A stretch of DNA of 64,000 nt from Octopus vulgaris (Eukaryota), in assembly GCA_951406725.2 (NCBI GenBank), contig OX597814.1, forward strand, positions 97,588,001-97,652,000, given 5' to 3'. The notes under the pieces were generated by a model. It saw only the letters and a list, made by a program, of their open reading frames with translations. It was not told the origin of the DNA and made no database searches. How positions within the stretch are numbered: position 1 is the stretch's first letter; every line of letters starts with the position of its first letter. Positions 1 through 13,049 of the stretch are shown piece after piece. The position numbers were made by a program, and so were the translations under genes.

Positions 1-265
1 AGAGGTAGAAAGTCGCTGATGAGGTCACAAAATGTGTGATGTAAGAACTCTGACAAATAATAATAATGATGAAATCAAATAAATATTGCATGTGTTTAAC
101 TGGCAAAAGATGACCATCCCAAGTATAACAATGTTTTCTACATCCTTTACAGACAAAAAATAAACTATAGTTCACTTCTTTTTGTTCAACTGTCCAACCC
201 GTACCAGCTAGGGAAACAGGACATTAAATGATGATATATGCATACAGGTAGGTAGGTAGGTAGGT

Positions 266-267
<2 letters not shown>

Positions 268-307
<40 letters not shown>
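268..307. repeat. (GT)n microsatellite
   Basis: Perfect GT run preceded by (AGGT)n. Confidence 0.95.
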
Positions 308-309
<2 letters not shown>

Positions 310-877
310 TATATATGCCTTTGCTACTCAACTTTTATACAGTTTCTATACATGAGAAAAATCTTAAGTTTAAATCAATCTCAGATCTTTTGATTCCTTT
401 GGGGAAAATTCTCACTAATGTTCAATACAGTACTTCCAGAATTGAAAATTTTGTCTATAACTCATTGACTTTTTATATTTGATATTTAACTGATAAAAAC
501 CCAAGATTTCAGATTTCTTTTGCAGCACAGAAAATATTTTTTTTAAAAAGTCAGGGAAAGAAATGCCAGAAAAATTATGTTTAATTAATGTTTATCAATT
601 ACAATGAATCTTAATCATGATATAACCCTTTTATTACTATATTTCTGTTGACATACACTGCTTTTGTTTTAAATAATTTTGAAAATGAAGAGTTTAGTAA
701 AATAACTTTGCTATTATTAAGCTGGTGTTCTGAGCAAAAATTCATAAATTTACAAGCAATTTTAATGGAAAATTATAATGTAGCAATATTGTTATGCTCA
801 CTGTTTGAGAAAAACATTAGGAATGATCTCATTTGAGATTACAACCATCTTTGGCTAGTTTAACCCTAATGTGTGCA

Positions 878-1260
878 CTGATCTGATTGGTTAGCATTTA
901 GCGCGGTTTGTTTCTCTACTTATTTCACGCCAGTGTGTAAACTGACCAATCACGGCTTTCGAATAGGATCTTTCAATTGAGTCATATTCACTCTTTAAAT
1001 AAGCTAGTATTTCTACAATTCATCATCTTTCGGCTCAAGACCTTCTAAGGTCTAGTCGGAGACCACAGAGCTTACTCAACCATGTTCCAGTTCGAAAGAC
1101 AGATGACAGCCAGCCAACCATACTATGAAGACGCTACTGTATACCAGCGACAGACAGAACGTCATCATCAATGTCATCCACTAGCGCGGTCTGTTTGAGG
1201 AACAGACCGCGCTAGATGCTAACCAATCAGATTAGCATCTAGCACGGTCTGTCTCTCAAA
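878..1260. mobile_element. Inverted-repeat element remnant, family unassigned
   Basis: 878-917 is inverted to about 1197-1234; perfect 15-bp hairpin 1181-1195/1201-1215. Confidence 0.45.
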
Positions 1261-1811
1261 CAATAGAACAGCTTGTCATTCTTCATTCATTTCCTTTGGC
1301 ACTGTATAATATATTCATGTATTATGGCTTTCTCATATTATTAATTTGTTAGGGATACGGCCATGCGGCATACAAGAGGAGACCTTGTCACCAACCTCCT
1401 TACGTAGTATAAATTCCTACAATAATTTAAATCACTTTAAAATGGGGAATTTGTATCACAGAACCATGAGCAGTTTCAGGCAGTATGATATCAAAAAGAT
1501 TTTTTTAAAAAAAAGACAGAAAAAAAAGAAAAAACAATAGTAACCTAAATGAAAGATGAAAAAATAGTCAAAGCCAACTCAGTCTGATATAAGATATGTA
1601 CTTGAATACTTCCTGACACAGTTTTACCTACAGTAAAACTTGTAGCATTATAAGTATTATTACAGAATGAAACCATACCAACAAATTTATTTCACATCAA
1701 ACTGACCCACAAAGAACTTCATTCATTAGAAACAGGTCTGTATAAATAACACCCTATCTACCTACACACTACTCTATATTTAGTTTTAATCAGCTGACAT
1801 ATGTATGTATG

Positions 1812-1815
<4 letters not shown>

Positions 1816-1856
<41 letters not shown>
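1816..1856. repeat. (TA)n microsatellite
   Basis: Perfect TA run. Confidence 0.95.
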
Positions 1857-1860
<4 letters not shown>

Positions 1861-1861
<1 letters not shown>

Positions 1862-2215
1862 CATCATCATCATCATTTAACATCCATTGTCCATGCTTGG
1901 CATGGGTTGGACAGTTTAACTGGGCTGGCATGCTTGAAGGCTGCACCAAACTCCAGTCTGATTTGGCATGGTTTTCTATGGTTGAATGCCCTTCCTTAAT
2001 GTCTCAGGGTGTAATGGGTGCTTTTATATGCTACCGGGTGCATGTATGTGCCACCAGCACAAGTACACATTTTTGTGACACTGGTATCTGCCACGACTGC
2101 AATTTTGCTCAGCTTGATGGGTCTTTTTCTCAAGCATGACATAATGCCAAAGGTCTAGGTTATTGCCTCTGCGAGGCCCAACACTCAAAAGGAACTCAAC
2201 CACTTTGTCTCCATG
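1861..2215 (-). mobile_element. 5'-truncated RTE-related 3' tail copy
   Basis: Reverse complement resembles the 14790-14977 RTE tail ending in (GAT)n. Confidence 0.65.
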
Positions 2216-2237
2216 ATATATATATATACATATATAT

Positions 2238-3265
2238 AAATTTAAAATAAGGGTGAAAAATTGAATATTAATTTGATTAATTTAAAACCAGTTGTCTAGC
2301 ATATAGAAAAATCTGAAGAATCAGAAAAATTACATTACATATATAAGAGGGATGACCACTAAGTGGACATCCATTATGCTAGAAGTTGACCCTCTATGGT
2401 CTTACCACTAAGAAAGGAATGTTCTCAAGAAAATTTAGCAAACACCAGTTTTAGCATAATAGATGTCCACTTAGTGGTCATCCCTTTTATATGTTTGTGT
2501 ATGTGTGTGTGTGTGTATAAACATACATACATTACACACATACATAAAAATAAAAAAAAAATATGGTGGTACTGGAAGAGTACCAGCTTTACAAGAGATA
2601 GAAGTTAAATGACTTCAGAAGCCACAAATAGCTCACCTTATGAACAAGCATGACAAAAATCGAGCAAGGAATAAAAATTAGGCTCCTACCTTTAGAAGAA
2701 ATAGCAGTTAGCTTAAAACCAGTTTTAGGTTCTGAATTAAACATTCTTCTACATCTGGCAAAGCTGGTACTCTTCCAGTACTATTATATTTTTTAAAACT
2801 TGCCTGCACAGTTTAAGCTTTGAACAGCCACTAATATTATTAATTCTATTATTAATAATATACTAGTATACTTATTTATAAATTATTCAATAAGTTCGTC
2901 TATGTATGTGCCTCGGGCCATCAAATGAACAAGCAAAAATGGTGAGGGGAGTATGTTTAAATTTGACTTCTCTTGCAGTAAGCTTAACTGGAGATAGGTT
3001 AAGAATATTTAATACAGAATCCAAAACTGGTATTAAGCTATCTGCAATTTCATCTGCAACCTGTGCAAAGATAGGAACCTAATTTTTATTCCTTGCCCAA
3101 TTTTCACCATATTTGTTCATAAAGTGAGCTATTTGTGACTTCCAAACTCATTTGACTTCTATCTCTAGTAAAGCTGCTACTCTTCCAGTATCATATTTTA
3201 ATTTGCCTGCACAGTTCAAGTTTGCAATAGCTACTAATATTATTAATTCTATTATTAATAATAAA
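2238..3265. mobile_element. Inverted/direct repeat mosaic, possibly Penelope-like remnant
   Basis: 2338-2385 inverted to 2449-2493; about 2556-2750 inverted to about 2998-3200; about 2760-2860 direct to about 3170-3262; 2238-2385 resembles the reverse complement of 31476-31626. Confidence 0.5.
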
Positions 3266-3267
3266 AT

Positions 3268-3307
<40 letters not shown>

Positions 3308-3592
3308 GTAAAAGATGTTTACAGACTAACATTTAATGAATGTAAAGAATATTGTTTTCAATGAGCAATAATCATACCAAAAGAAACCATGTTATGTATA
3401 GTAATGCCTTTATGTAAATTTAGTGAACAGGAAAAAAAATCCAAAAAGAAATTGGATAATTGAAAAAAGTTGGTAAATTGTTTAAATATTGAAACATTTT
3501 CTTCATAAAAAGTAACATATATATATATATATATAAGAACATTTAAATAGAATTTTAGAAAGTTAAAAATAGGAAATTAAAAATATGCTCAC

Positions 3593-3622
3593 CCTATGAG
3601 TTATTTCAGCTGAATGTACATA
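3593..3622 (-). CDS. p38: p38 MAPK exon 5 (30-nt micro-exon)
   Basis: Acceptor TTTTTCAG, donor GTGAGC; YVHSAEITHR, same size and phase as the MAPK14 YIHSADIIHR exon that precedes DLKP. Confidence 0.88.
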
Positions 3623-4654
3623 CTGAAAAATGAAGATGAAATATATAAAATAGTAATATATTTACAAACTATGTGACAATTAAGATTTACATTTTAATTG
3701 CATAAAAGTAGACTTTTTCATTAACTCAACTGCCTTTTGCTGCTCTAAACAAGCAGTATCTGTAAAACATACTTTAAACCTAAATTTCATCCTATTTATG
3801 CAATAGGATGACATTTTTGAAAATATATATATATTTTTTTTAAATTCTGTATATTGTTCCAAATACTAATTTGTCAAGACATTCATATCCAGGCTGATGA
3901 TGGAATGAAAGTGATATGGTGTGCTTAAGAGCAGAATGTCAACATCATTAGTTACAAATTTTAAACACTCTATAGGCAAAGACACAGTTCTGAAGTAAAA
4001 AGCTTATTTCCCAACAACATGGTTTCGAGTTCAGTGTTACTGTTATGACATCTTGGCAAGTGTTCTCTATAACAGTCCCGGAACTCACAAGGCTTTGTGA
4101 GTGGATTTTGTTGAAAAACTGAAAGAAGCCATGCATGCATGCATGGCTTTTTAAAACTTGCATGCATACATGCATGAAAGAATGAACATGCATGTATGTA
4201 TGTATATATGTGTGTATGTATACATATATTTTGTGGATTTTACTACTTTCTTGTGTTGACATTACAAGATAGTTGAAAACAAGTGTTACTGTCATGCAAG
4301 CTGTATCCTTCATTTCCTATCTTCCATAAAAGCATGTTTGGCCACAGGGAAATATTACTTTATGTGAAAACAAGGGAGGGTTGGCATCTGACTGTAAAAA
4401 ATTTGCCTCCACAAAATCCATCTGATCCATGCACATATAGAAAAGTGAATATATATTTATTTATTGCCCACAGGGGGTTAACAGAGGAGACAAACAAGGA
4501 CAAAGGGATTAAGTCGATTACATCGACCCCAGTGCGTAACTGGTACTTATTTAATCGACCCCAAAAGGCTAACGATTCTGCCAGCTCGCTGCCCTTGGAA
4601 AAGATGATGATATCATTCCGTTCTTTAATCCACAACAAAAGATCTTCGCTTTAA

Positions 4655-4835
4655 CCCTTTATCATTCAGATTACACTGTCAAATGTAATCCTTATTTATT
4701 CCCATTATTTTAAATTAATCATGCATTATCTTGTAGCTTCAGGATTTTGATGTGATAGTTTATTTTTAGAATGCCATTGTAGGCTGTGAAAGGTTGGATC
4801 TGGGGCTGGATATAGCTGGTTTAAATACTAAAGGG
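4655..4835. mobile_element. piggyBac-type MITE
   Basis: TTAA|CCCTTT...AAAGGG|TTGA termini; oppositely oriented relative at 27980-28199. Confidence 0.65.
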
Positions 4836-6860
4836 TTGATTAATTCAACTCTTAAGTGCTAACAGCATTGGAATTGATATTTTCCTGCTAAATGCAAACA
4901 CACCATTCTATCTATTAACAAGGCACTATTAATACAATAGGATGAAAGAAGACAGATTTGCACTATTTATTCAGTATTTCAAATTTATCTCTCTGGGACC
5001 AATAAAACATATGCTATTAATATCATCATTATCATCATCATTGTTCTAATGTCCACTTTTCTATACTTGCATGGATTGGATGGAATTTGAGCTAGACTTT
5101 CTATAGTCAGCTGCTCTTCCTATCACAAATCCTCACTTGTTTCCAAATGAGGAAATATTTCCTCATAGCTAGGTATGTTTTCATGGAAGATTGGAAATTA
5201 AAGACACTCTTTTGTATGGCAGTGATGCTCATTTACAACCATCAAAAGATATCAGAATAAGGAGATACTTCCATATAAACACATACAGACATACATGCAT
5301 ATACAAACAGACATAGACATATATACATATACATACACACACACATAGATACATACACATACATATATACATACACACACATACATATATACATACAAAC
5401 ACTGATAAATATATATATACACACACATCTATATACACACAGACACATTATGTAGACAGGCTTCTTTCAATTTCTATCTACTAAATCCACTCACAAAGTT
5501 TTTGGTTAGAATGGGGCTATAGAAGATGCTCACCCAAAGCACCATACAGTGGGACTGAACCTGAAACTATGTGGTTGAAAACAAACTTCTTAACCATATA
5601 GCCATGCCTATGCCTATAATGTATAGGAGTCGTTATCTTACAAATTTAACAGAAAAGACCTGTACAAACATAGGAAAAGTGACTGAAATGATGACAGTAT
5701 TTATTTCTATTCAGAAACTTCCACTTAGAAACTGCCTTAAGAAATAGTGTTTAATACGAAAACTATATTTATAAAGAATCAAAAGCAAATAAAAAAACCT
5801 CCCAACTACAGAAAATGAAATATTTCTTTGTAAAACTATAAAAATTTCTTGACTATGAGCAAGCAATTTCACTGTTCTCCTATCACCATTTAAGTCAACT
5901 TCTTAGCCATACTAGTATAGATTCAACAGACATACAAAACAACAATTCAGTACACTGTCATCTTATATGAAAGTCCCAATCATTCTGAAGTTCACATTAA
6001 CTACCACTTCAAAAAACATGTTTTTAATAGCCTACTTCCCCATAATAGTCCATCTACCACCCTCAAGGTATTCTCTACATTATTTATTTATGTTATTTTA
6101 TATCTTCATCATCAATGGTTGAAAGGTTCAGCTAAAATTAGGATAGTCACAAATAAATTGCCAGAGCAGGCAATTTTACAATTGGCTGCTCTTCCTAATG
6201 ATTAAACTACAGAGAAAGGATCATTCACATCTAGATCTGTCTGCTCTAATTGATATGAATAAATATTCTATATTTGAACTTGTAAACAACTAACATGCTT
6301 TCTATAGATATGCAAATGTAAAAGCAGAGAGGTTGAGGTGCTGAACCACTGAAGACAGTAATTGCCATCTGATCAGAGCAACACATATTGCTCTATTTTT
6401 CTCAGTTAATCAGTTAAGAAAATACCACTTTCATGTTGAGGTTAAGTATCCTGACTTAATTTTTTATTACTTTCTCCAGTGTGTTAAGACATCTTAGCTG
6501 ATAGCAGTCAATTCAACGGCTTTCTACATCTCAACAAAGTCTCTATTTAGTTACCCAACCATGTGTGTGTGTGTGTGGGCATATACACACGCACACACAG
6601 AATTGAACCATATAAATTTACTACTCTACACTTGAATTTTCTGTGAAAGATACCAGGCATTCATTGTTACACTTACAACTCCTATGTGCTCTCATTTTGA
6701 GTCTCTTAATTCACTCTTTCCCTGTCTGCTACTCTAGTGGAGCATGACAGGTAGACATATCTTTCTGCTCACTGTCATTTTACTTCTATTGTCACCTATT
6801 ATTTGTCCCTTGACAACTTCCTCCTCCTCCTCCTCCTCCTCCTACATTTATCTCACTACC

Positions 6861-7002
6861 ACAACAGCAAATATATCCACACAGGAGTGGCTGTGTTGTT
6901 AAGAAGTCTGCTACCCAACCACATGGTTTCAGGTTCAGTCTTACTGCAGGACACAGTGAAATGTCTTCTATAGCCCCTGGCTGGAAACTGAAAGAAGCCC
7001 AG

Positions 7003-7039
<37 letters not shown>

Positions 7040-7091
7040 CATGTATATAAACATGTGTGTGTGTGTATATATATATATGTATATATATGTA

Positions 7092-7125
<34 letters not shown>

Positions 7126-7314
7126 CACACACATGTTTATATACACGCACACACATATATATATATATATATCTGGGCTTCTTTTAGTTTCCAGCCAGGG
7201 GCTATAGAAGACATTTCACTGTGTCCTGCAGTAAGACTGAACCTGAAACCATGTGGTTGGGTAGCAGACTTCTTAACAACACAGCCACTCCTGTGTGGAT
7301 ATATTTGCTGTTGT
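6861..7314. repeat. 454-bp fold-back palindrome of a SINE 5' half centred on (TA)n
   Basis: Non-microsatellite arms (about 140 bp) are reverse complements with one mismatch seen. Confidence 0.95.
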
Positions 7315-7334
7315 TCACTATGACAGTACATATT

Positions 7335-7718
7335 CTTTTACTTGTTTCAGTCATTAGACTGCATCCATGCTGGAGCACCGCCTTGAATTTTTTAGTCAAA
7401 TGAATCAACCCCAGTACTTATTTTTTTAAAGACTGACACTTATTCTATTGGTCTTTTTTGCTGAATTGCTAAGTTACGGAGACATAAACACACCAACACC
7501 AGTTGTCAAGTGGTGATGGGGGAACAAACACAGACACAAAGATATATATATATATATATACATATATACGACAGGCTTCTTTCAGTTACCAAATCCACTC
7601 ACAAGGCTTTGGTCGGCTTGAGGCTATAGTAGAAGATACTTGCCCAAGGTGCCATGTAGTGGGACTGAACCTGGAACCATGTAGTTGGGAAGCAAGCTTC
7701 TTACCACACAGCTATACC
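7335..7718 (-). mobile_element. tRNA-derived SINE, family A
   Basis: Reverse complement aligns with the 57612-58020 copy. Confidence 0.85.
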
Positions 7719-9417
7719 TTTGTGTAAAATGTGTGTGTGGTGGGTGGATGGGTGGGTGTGCTTGTGACTCCTTGTTTTGAAATCACATGATAATTGTAAA
7801 TGTGTGTCATCATACAAACAGTATTATTCATTTTTAATATTCTGTGAAAACCTGTCTGACCAAGGGTAACATTTTTTACCTAACTTGAAAACAAGTGAGA
7901 GTTGGCAACAGGAAGGCCATCTGGCTTTTAAAATCTGCCTCAAAAAACTCCATCCAACACATGCAGCTATGGAAAACTAGGTACTATCATGATGAAAATT
8001 TTAGACGCTAATCTTCCAATTATTTTAAAGCAACCAATTCTATAAAAGTTATTATGAACAGATATCTCCACATTTTTATAGTACTGATTTAATTATACGC
8101 GTTCCCTCTCACCATCCTTATTTGTATATGAAATTCTCAAAGAACATGTCCTACAGGAACGTTTATATTCATTTACAGTAACAGTAGTTAACTGCATGGA
8201 AAATGTCAATCATTCTGCATTAACTTTACATTCTGAGTCAAGTAACGACTCCATCTTAATGCAAGGGAAAATGTGTCCCCATTATAGAAATTTATATAGC
8301 TTTTAACAACAAAATCAACCTTGAAATGGTTCAGTTAAAATTCCTATATAAATTTTAAAACTAGTACATCTTTATCTTTATATAAATCTTACATTTCATT
8401 TCTTACTCCTGCTGAGTTTCCAATCTACTATAATAGAACTTGTGTTTTTCTCCTCATAACATATGAATGAGAAAGGAAGGGATGATAGATGAATAAGGAA
8501 GGAAGGAGTGAAAAACAAAAATCAACTTTTCAACTGTGTGAGTATGTGTGTGTATGTAAAAAGGGAGGTGTGTGTGTGTGTGCACGCGTGCATGCAATTT
8601 AAGTGGGATGGTGAATATTCAATGCGGAAAAAAAAATCAAACCGCATTTCAACTGTGTGAGTACATGTGTGTATGTGTGTGCATGTACATGAGAAGTATG
8701 TGAATGTGTGACCAGCATTCTTTCAGTGACAAATAATGATTGATGTCACATCTCAAAATACAATCACTAGATAACATCGAGAAGTGTATTAATTTGAATT
8801 ACCATCCATTTTCTAAAATTCTATCTTGTGTTACAAATAATTATTACAATCACACACATCTACAAAAACATATACAAACTCTTTGGAGAAAATAATTATT
8901 GCCTGAGTGTATCAAGAATATAAAATGACTGCAGTTGAAAAGTATATTATAAATACACATTTAACAGCTCATACATGTGCCTAATTTATTTATATTAAGA
9001 AATTTATGTAATGAATTTTGAATAGGGAGTTTTTATAGCATCAACTATAAGTCACGGACTACTTTTTGTGGCTTTAAGTCACATGAGTTTAGGCTGGTTT
9101 CAGTATTGGAGAGTGCAACTGAAAGGAAACATTGCTTCAAAAAGTTGGTATTTACTTGCCAGCTTCCATATTTAGTCATGGCCAGCTTTATGTGGCTTTA
9201 CATCATACAAGAAGGAAAACTTTAAAATTCTTTTGAAGAAAACAAGCAGTCAAGGGATGTGAATTGCAGATAGATTTTTCACAAAAAAAAATTTGGTAAT
9301 AAAAGAATTATTAAACAAGAAATTTGGTTTTGTACCTTATTTATATATAAAATAATACAATTAGCTGTCAATTTTGACAGCACAGAGCCAGCTAGTTCAG
9401 TATAATAGCCATTGAGG

Positions 9418-9750
9418 TAAAGGCCCCCTTTGGTCATGACTGACCATAGGATTGCACCTAGAAAGTTACCCTCCAAGGCACAAGACCGGGTAAGGTTGTT
9501 ATTGGAAGACCAGCTGTTGCCCACGCATACCATTCTGCCTTCTCCATGCCACTGATCTTATCCAAGAGAAAGACAAAGGTTGATACAGCTTGGCAACAGT
9601 GAAATGCAAACTCATTTCTACAGCTGGGTGAACTGGAGTAACATGAAATAAAGTGTCTTGCTCAAGAATACAACACACAGCTCAGCCTGGGAATCGAACG
9701 CACAACCTCATGATTGTGTGCCCAATGCTCCAACCACTGAACCATGAGCC
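9418..9750 (-). mobile_element. tRNA-derived SINE, family C (CORE-like)
   Basis: Minus strand has A box TGGTTCAGTGG, B box GTTCGATTCCC and a CORE-like TTCTTGAGCAAGACACTT segment. Confidence 0.7.
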
Positions 9751-10429
9751 ATCAGTTTTAAAATTTCATTTGCCTACTCATAAAATGCATTTTCCTTAAA
9801 TCAACCAGTTCCCTTTTCTGTTATTGCTGTCTGAAGAAAATGCACAAAATAACTATTTTGAGGTGTATGTTACATCTCAAAATATTCTCTTAAGCACTGA
9901 TTGCAGTGTGATTAAAAAGCTTGCTTTGCAACTATGTAGTTTTGGATTCAGTCCCACTGCATGACATGTCAGGCTAGTGTCTTCTGCTATAGCCTCAGGT
10001 CAACCAAAGTCCTTGTGAGGGAATTTGGTTTATGAAAGCTGTATGAAAGCTCATCATATGTGTGTGCCCCCACCACAACTTGACAGATGTGTTGGTTTAT
10101 ATCCCCATAACTTAGCAGTTCAACAGAAGAAACCAACAGAATAAATACTAGATTTTAAAAATAAGCACTGCAGTTGATCTATTCAACTAAATCCCTTCAA
10201 GGCAGTGCCCCAGCATGGCCACAATCCAATAATTGAAAGTGGTAAAAGGTACAAATTATATATCAAGATAAAATTCTTCCTTTCAATTTGAGAACTTAAT
10301 TATTTGAGTATGTGTTATAAATTTTTATATATTATGGTACATACTTATATTTGAAGGATGATAAATTAACCATTTACAATAAAAATAGTAATATTTACTC
10401 TTGCAGTTTGAATACTGAAGTTGAATGTT

Positions 10430-12280
10430 TCAACTGAATGAAAGCAATGAGATTCTCAGCAATTGCTTCAGTTAAAACCCCAAAACAATTATTTCCACAA
10501 GTACAACTAAAAAGTACTCCAGGACATGTCTTTCTGCAGCAAATCACAATAAGAATGGAAAAATTTGGTGGGGTCAAAATCATTTTGTCAGTACTTCCTC
10601 AGATAATAGCAGAGATTAGACTCACTGGAAGACTAAATTCTTGATTATGAAGACTCAGTTGAACAATAATGACTCACTGTGTTTACCAACTTATCCTACT
10701 TGCAGTCTTCATCATACTGCATCAACTACAATACTGCATCAATTGCACCTTCATTTAACAGCAAAATATAATTGTTTTCAGATTCCAACTACAATCATAA
10801 TTCTACTACAATTTCCAATTGTAACTGTTGATTTCTATTGAGAGGAAAGCATAAGGATTTGTTTTGTGGATCAGCTGACTATTTCACCTGAGGCTCCATG
10901 AGACCTCATTGAATTTGGAACAAGTAATCACCCAAGAATGCTGTCTAAAAATGCTCAGAGAAATGCAGAGGTTTACCAGGGATGTTCCCTTCCTCTGGTT
11001 ACCCTATCTGGAAGTACAGCAGCAAAAACAGAGTTCAGCTCTCTTAGCAATGAACATACTGCTGTCATCATTAACTAATTATCCTATAGACAAAGATGTA
11101 CTACTCATGCTCACCCCTATAATTGCTCTATTTGTTCAACAAAAAACTGAACTTGCCACTACTACAGAAATTAATATCTTTTTAACAAGCAGGTCAGCTA
11201 AAAAGAACAATATCAGCAACATCTATAATAATTGCTACAAAAAGAGCACATCAAAGAAAATGATTTGAAAAAGCTACTGTCAGCATAAATAAGCCTAACG
11301 AACCCAACAGCCTGCTTCATGGCTTAGGATGCTAATAAGAATCCCTTATTCCTAACATTTTGACAATGACTTCAGTATGGCAACTAATCTAAGCAATAAA
11401 GTTGTTTTAGGTTAAACAATCAAGAAGAATATTGACTAGAAAGTCTAAAGGAAATCAATCAAGTAAACTATTTAAGTGGAACTCTATGGGGAGCAAAACA
11501 CTTGACTTTCATACAATAAAGCTGTCAGAAAACAAAGATGTAACATTTAAGAGACTCACTCCATGCAGTTAGGTTCCCCTTCTGCATTAAGACTAACTTG
11601 ATGCCTCATGAATGACTAATATTCATCATTGGAAGTAAAGTTTTTACTGGGACAGGCTCTAAAACTGGATATGTTTTGCTTCAACCATTTTATCTTAATA
11701 ATAAGCCAAAAGTTGATTATGTCAAACTGATTGACGTAATTCCTGATATGTGTTAAATATTTAGATGGTTGAATTGGCACTGTCTCAACTGAAGAAAAAT
11801 GAGCTCTGCAGGAAATCAATCAAATTTTGGTTCCACTGAAGAGAACTGCATTAGCAATTGCCATGATAGCAATTTGTCGAAAACACTGGCCAAAGCATAT
11901 ACTGCATCTAATGATGAATGTTTTGTCTATTACTTCTGCAATAATATGCTGATCGGCTCAACAAACTGCTGAGTAGGAATATTCTAGTGTCAATCTGACT
12001 ATGGAAGAAGAGATATGGTTCCACTATCTGAATCTCCTTGCAGCTCAAAAAAGATCTCAAAAGCACTGGAAAGACTAAACCTTTAAGCCACTATTGAATG
12101 TATTGCCATTGTTGTTATTTGGTATCCTAGAGTATTACGGTACACTTCAGTTAAAAGCTAGCATCATGCAAATACAATAAAAATTCATCTTTATGCTTGT
12201 GCTTCAATTGCTGATGCTGAACGTTTTAACCAAATAAAACAATTTGATTCTCAACAACTGCTTCTCATCACAACAGTATG
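10430..12280 (+). pseudogene. Highly decayed DNA transposase, possibly hAT (CGGBP1-like lineage)
   Basis: Broken-frame fragments SFCQYF, LLAMNILLSSLTN (cf. ANIPLxKLxN) and CASIADAERF (cf. hAT C-terminal SxxxERxFS) occur in the expected order; many stops. Confidence 0.3.
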
Positions 12281-12937
12281 GGTATATATTTTCAATTAAT
12301 CATATGATGAACCTCAGCATTATATTCGTCATCATCATTGTTTCACATCCACTTTCTATGCTGACATGGGTTTGATGGTTTGGCAGAAGCTGACCAGTTG
12401 AGGAATAGTCCAGACTCCAATTGTCTTTTGTGACATGGTTTCTATGGCAGGATGCCCTTCCTAACACCAATTATTATACTTGTAAATAAGGAATCTTATT
12501 TTTAAAATCCATCTAATGAAGATAGATAATTAATTAGTTTTAGAAGACATTAATTCTTGATAACTCTAACAATCTTACAAATATTTCAACTCGCAAACTT
12601 AAATACTACTAACAGAGAAAAAAAGAAATGAAATTGTCAAATGACTGTATTGACCATGTATATTGAAAAATAGTAATACAATCACATTACCAAACTTTAG
12701 TTTTCTCCGAACCATATCTGGTCAAACACTTATAAGGAGAAATAAATCTCAAATGCTAAAGTCAAGAAAGGAAATGGCAACTGAGAAAAGAAATTAAGTG
12801 ATCAAATCACTTGATAAACAAAAGCCAATTTAATTTTTCAAAATCAGATCACTTTAACCAATAAATGAAAAGTGTTAGAAAATTACTAAAAATGCAAAAA
12901 ATGTGAGAAAGCATGACTAAAACATAACAGAACTTAC

Positions 12938-13049
12938 CTTAAGTCCTCTTAAAATCTGATAAACAAGGAACTGTATGTGGTCATCACTGAGACGTTGAGT
13001 TTTTAATATGTTGTTTAGATCAGCTCCCATTAATGGTGTGATTAAGTAG
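12938..13049 (-). CDS. p38: p38 MAPK exon 4
   Basis: 112 nt; acceptor CATTTAG, donor GTAAGT; (V)[37 protein letters not shown] (hinge region through helix E). Confidence 0.95.

Noticed and set aside
1-3592. p38 exon 6 (DLKPSN...ELK)
   Set aside because: No matching minus-strand exon with splice sites found by eye; presumed to lie outside the window.
5229-7331. Many short ORFs rich in C/V/Y/I/H/T
   Set aside because: Translations of (TG)n, (TA)n and (CA)n tracts and SINE sequence; the same applies to similar ORFs near 270, 1801, 31426, 57275, 59548 and 60819-61403.
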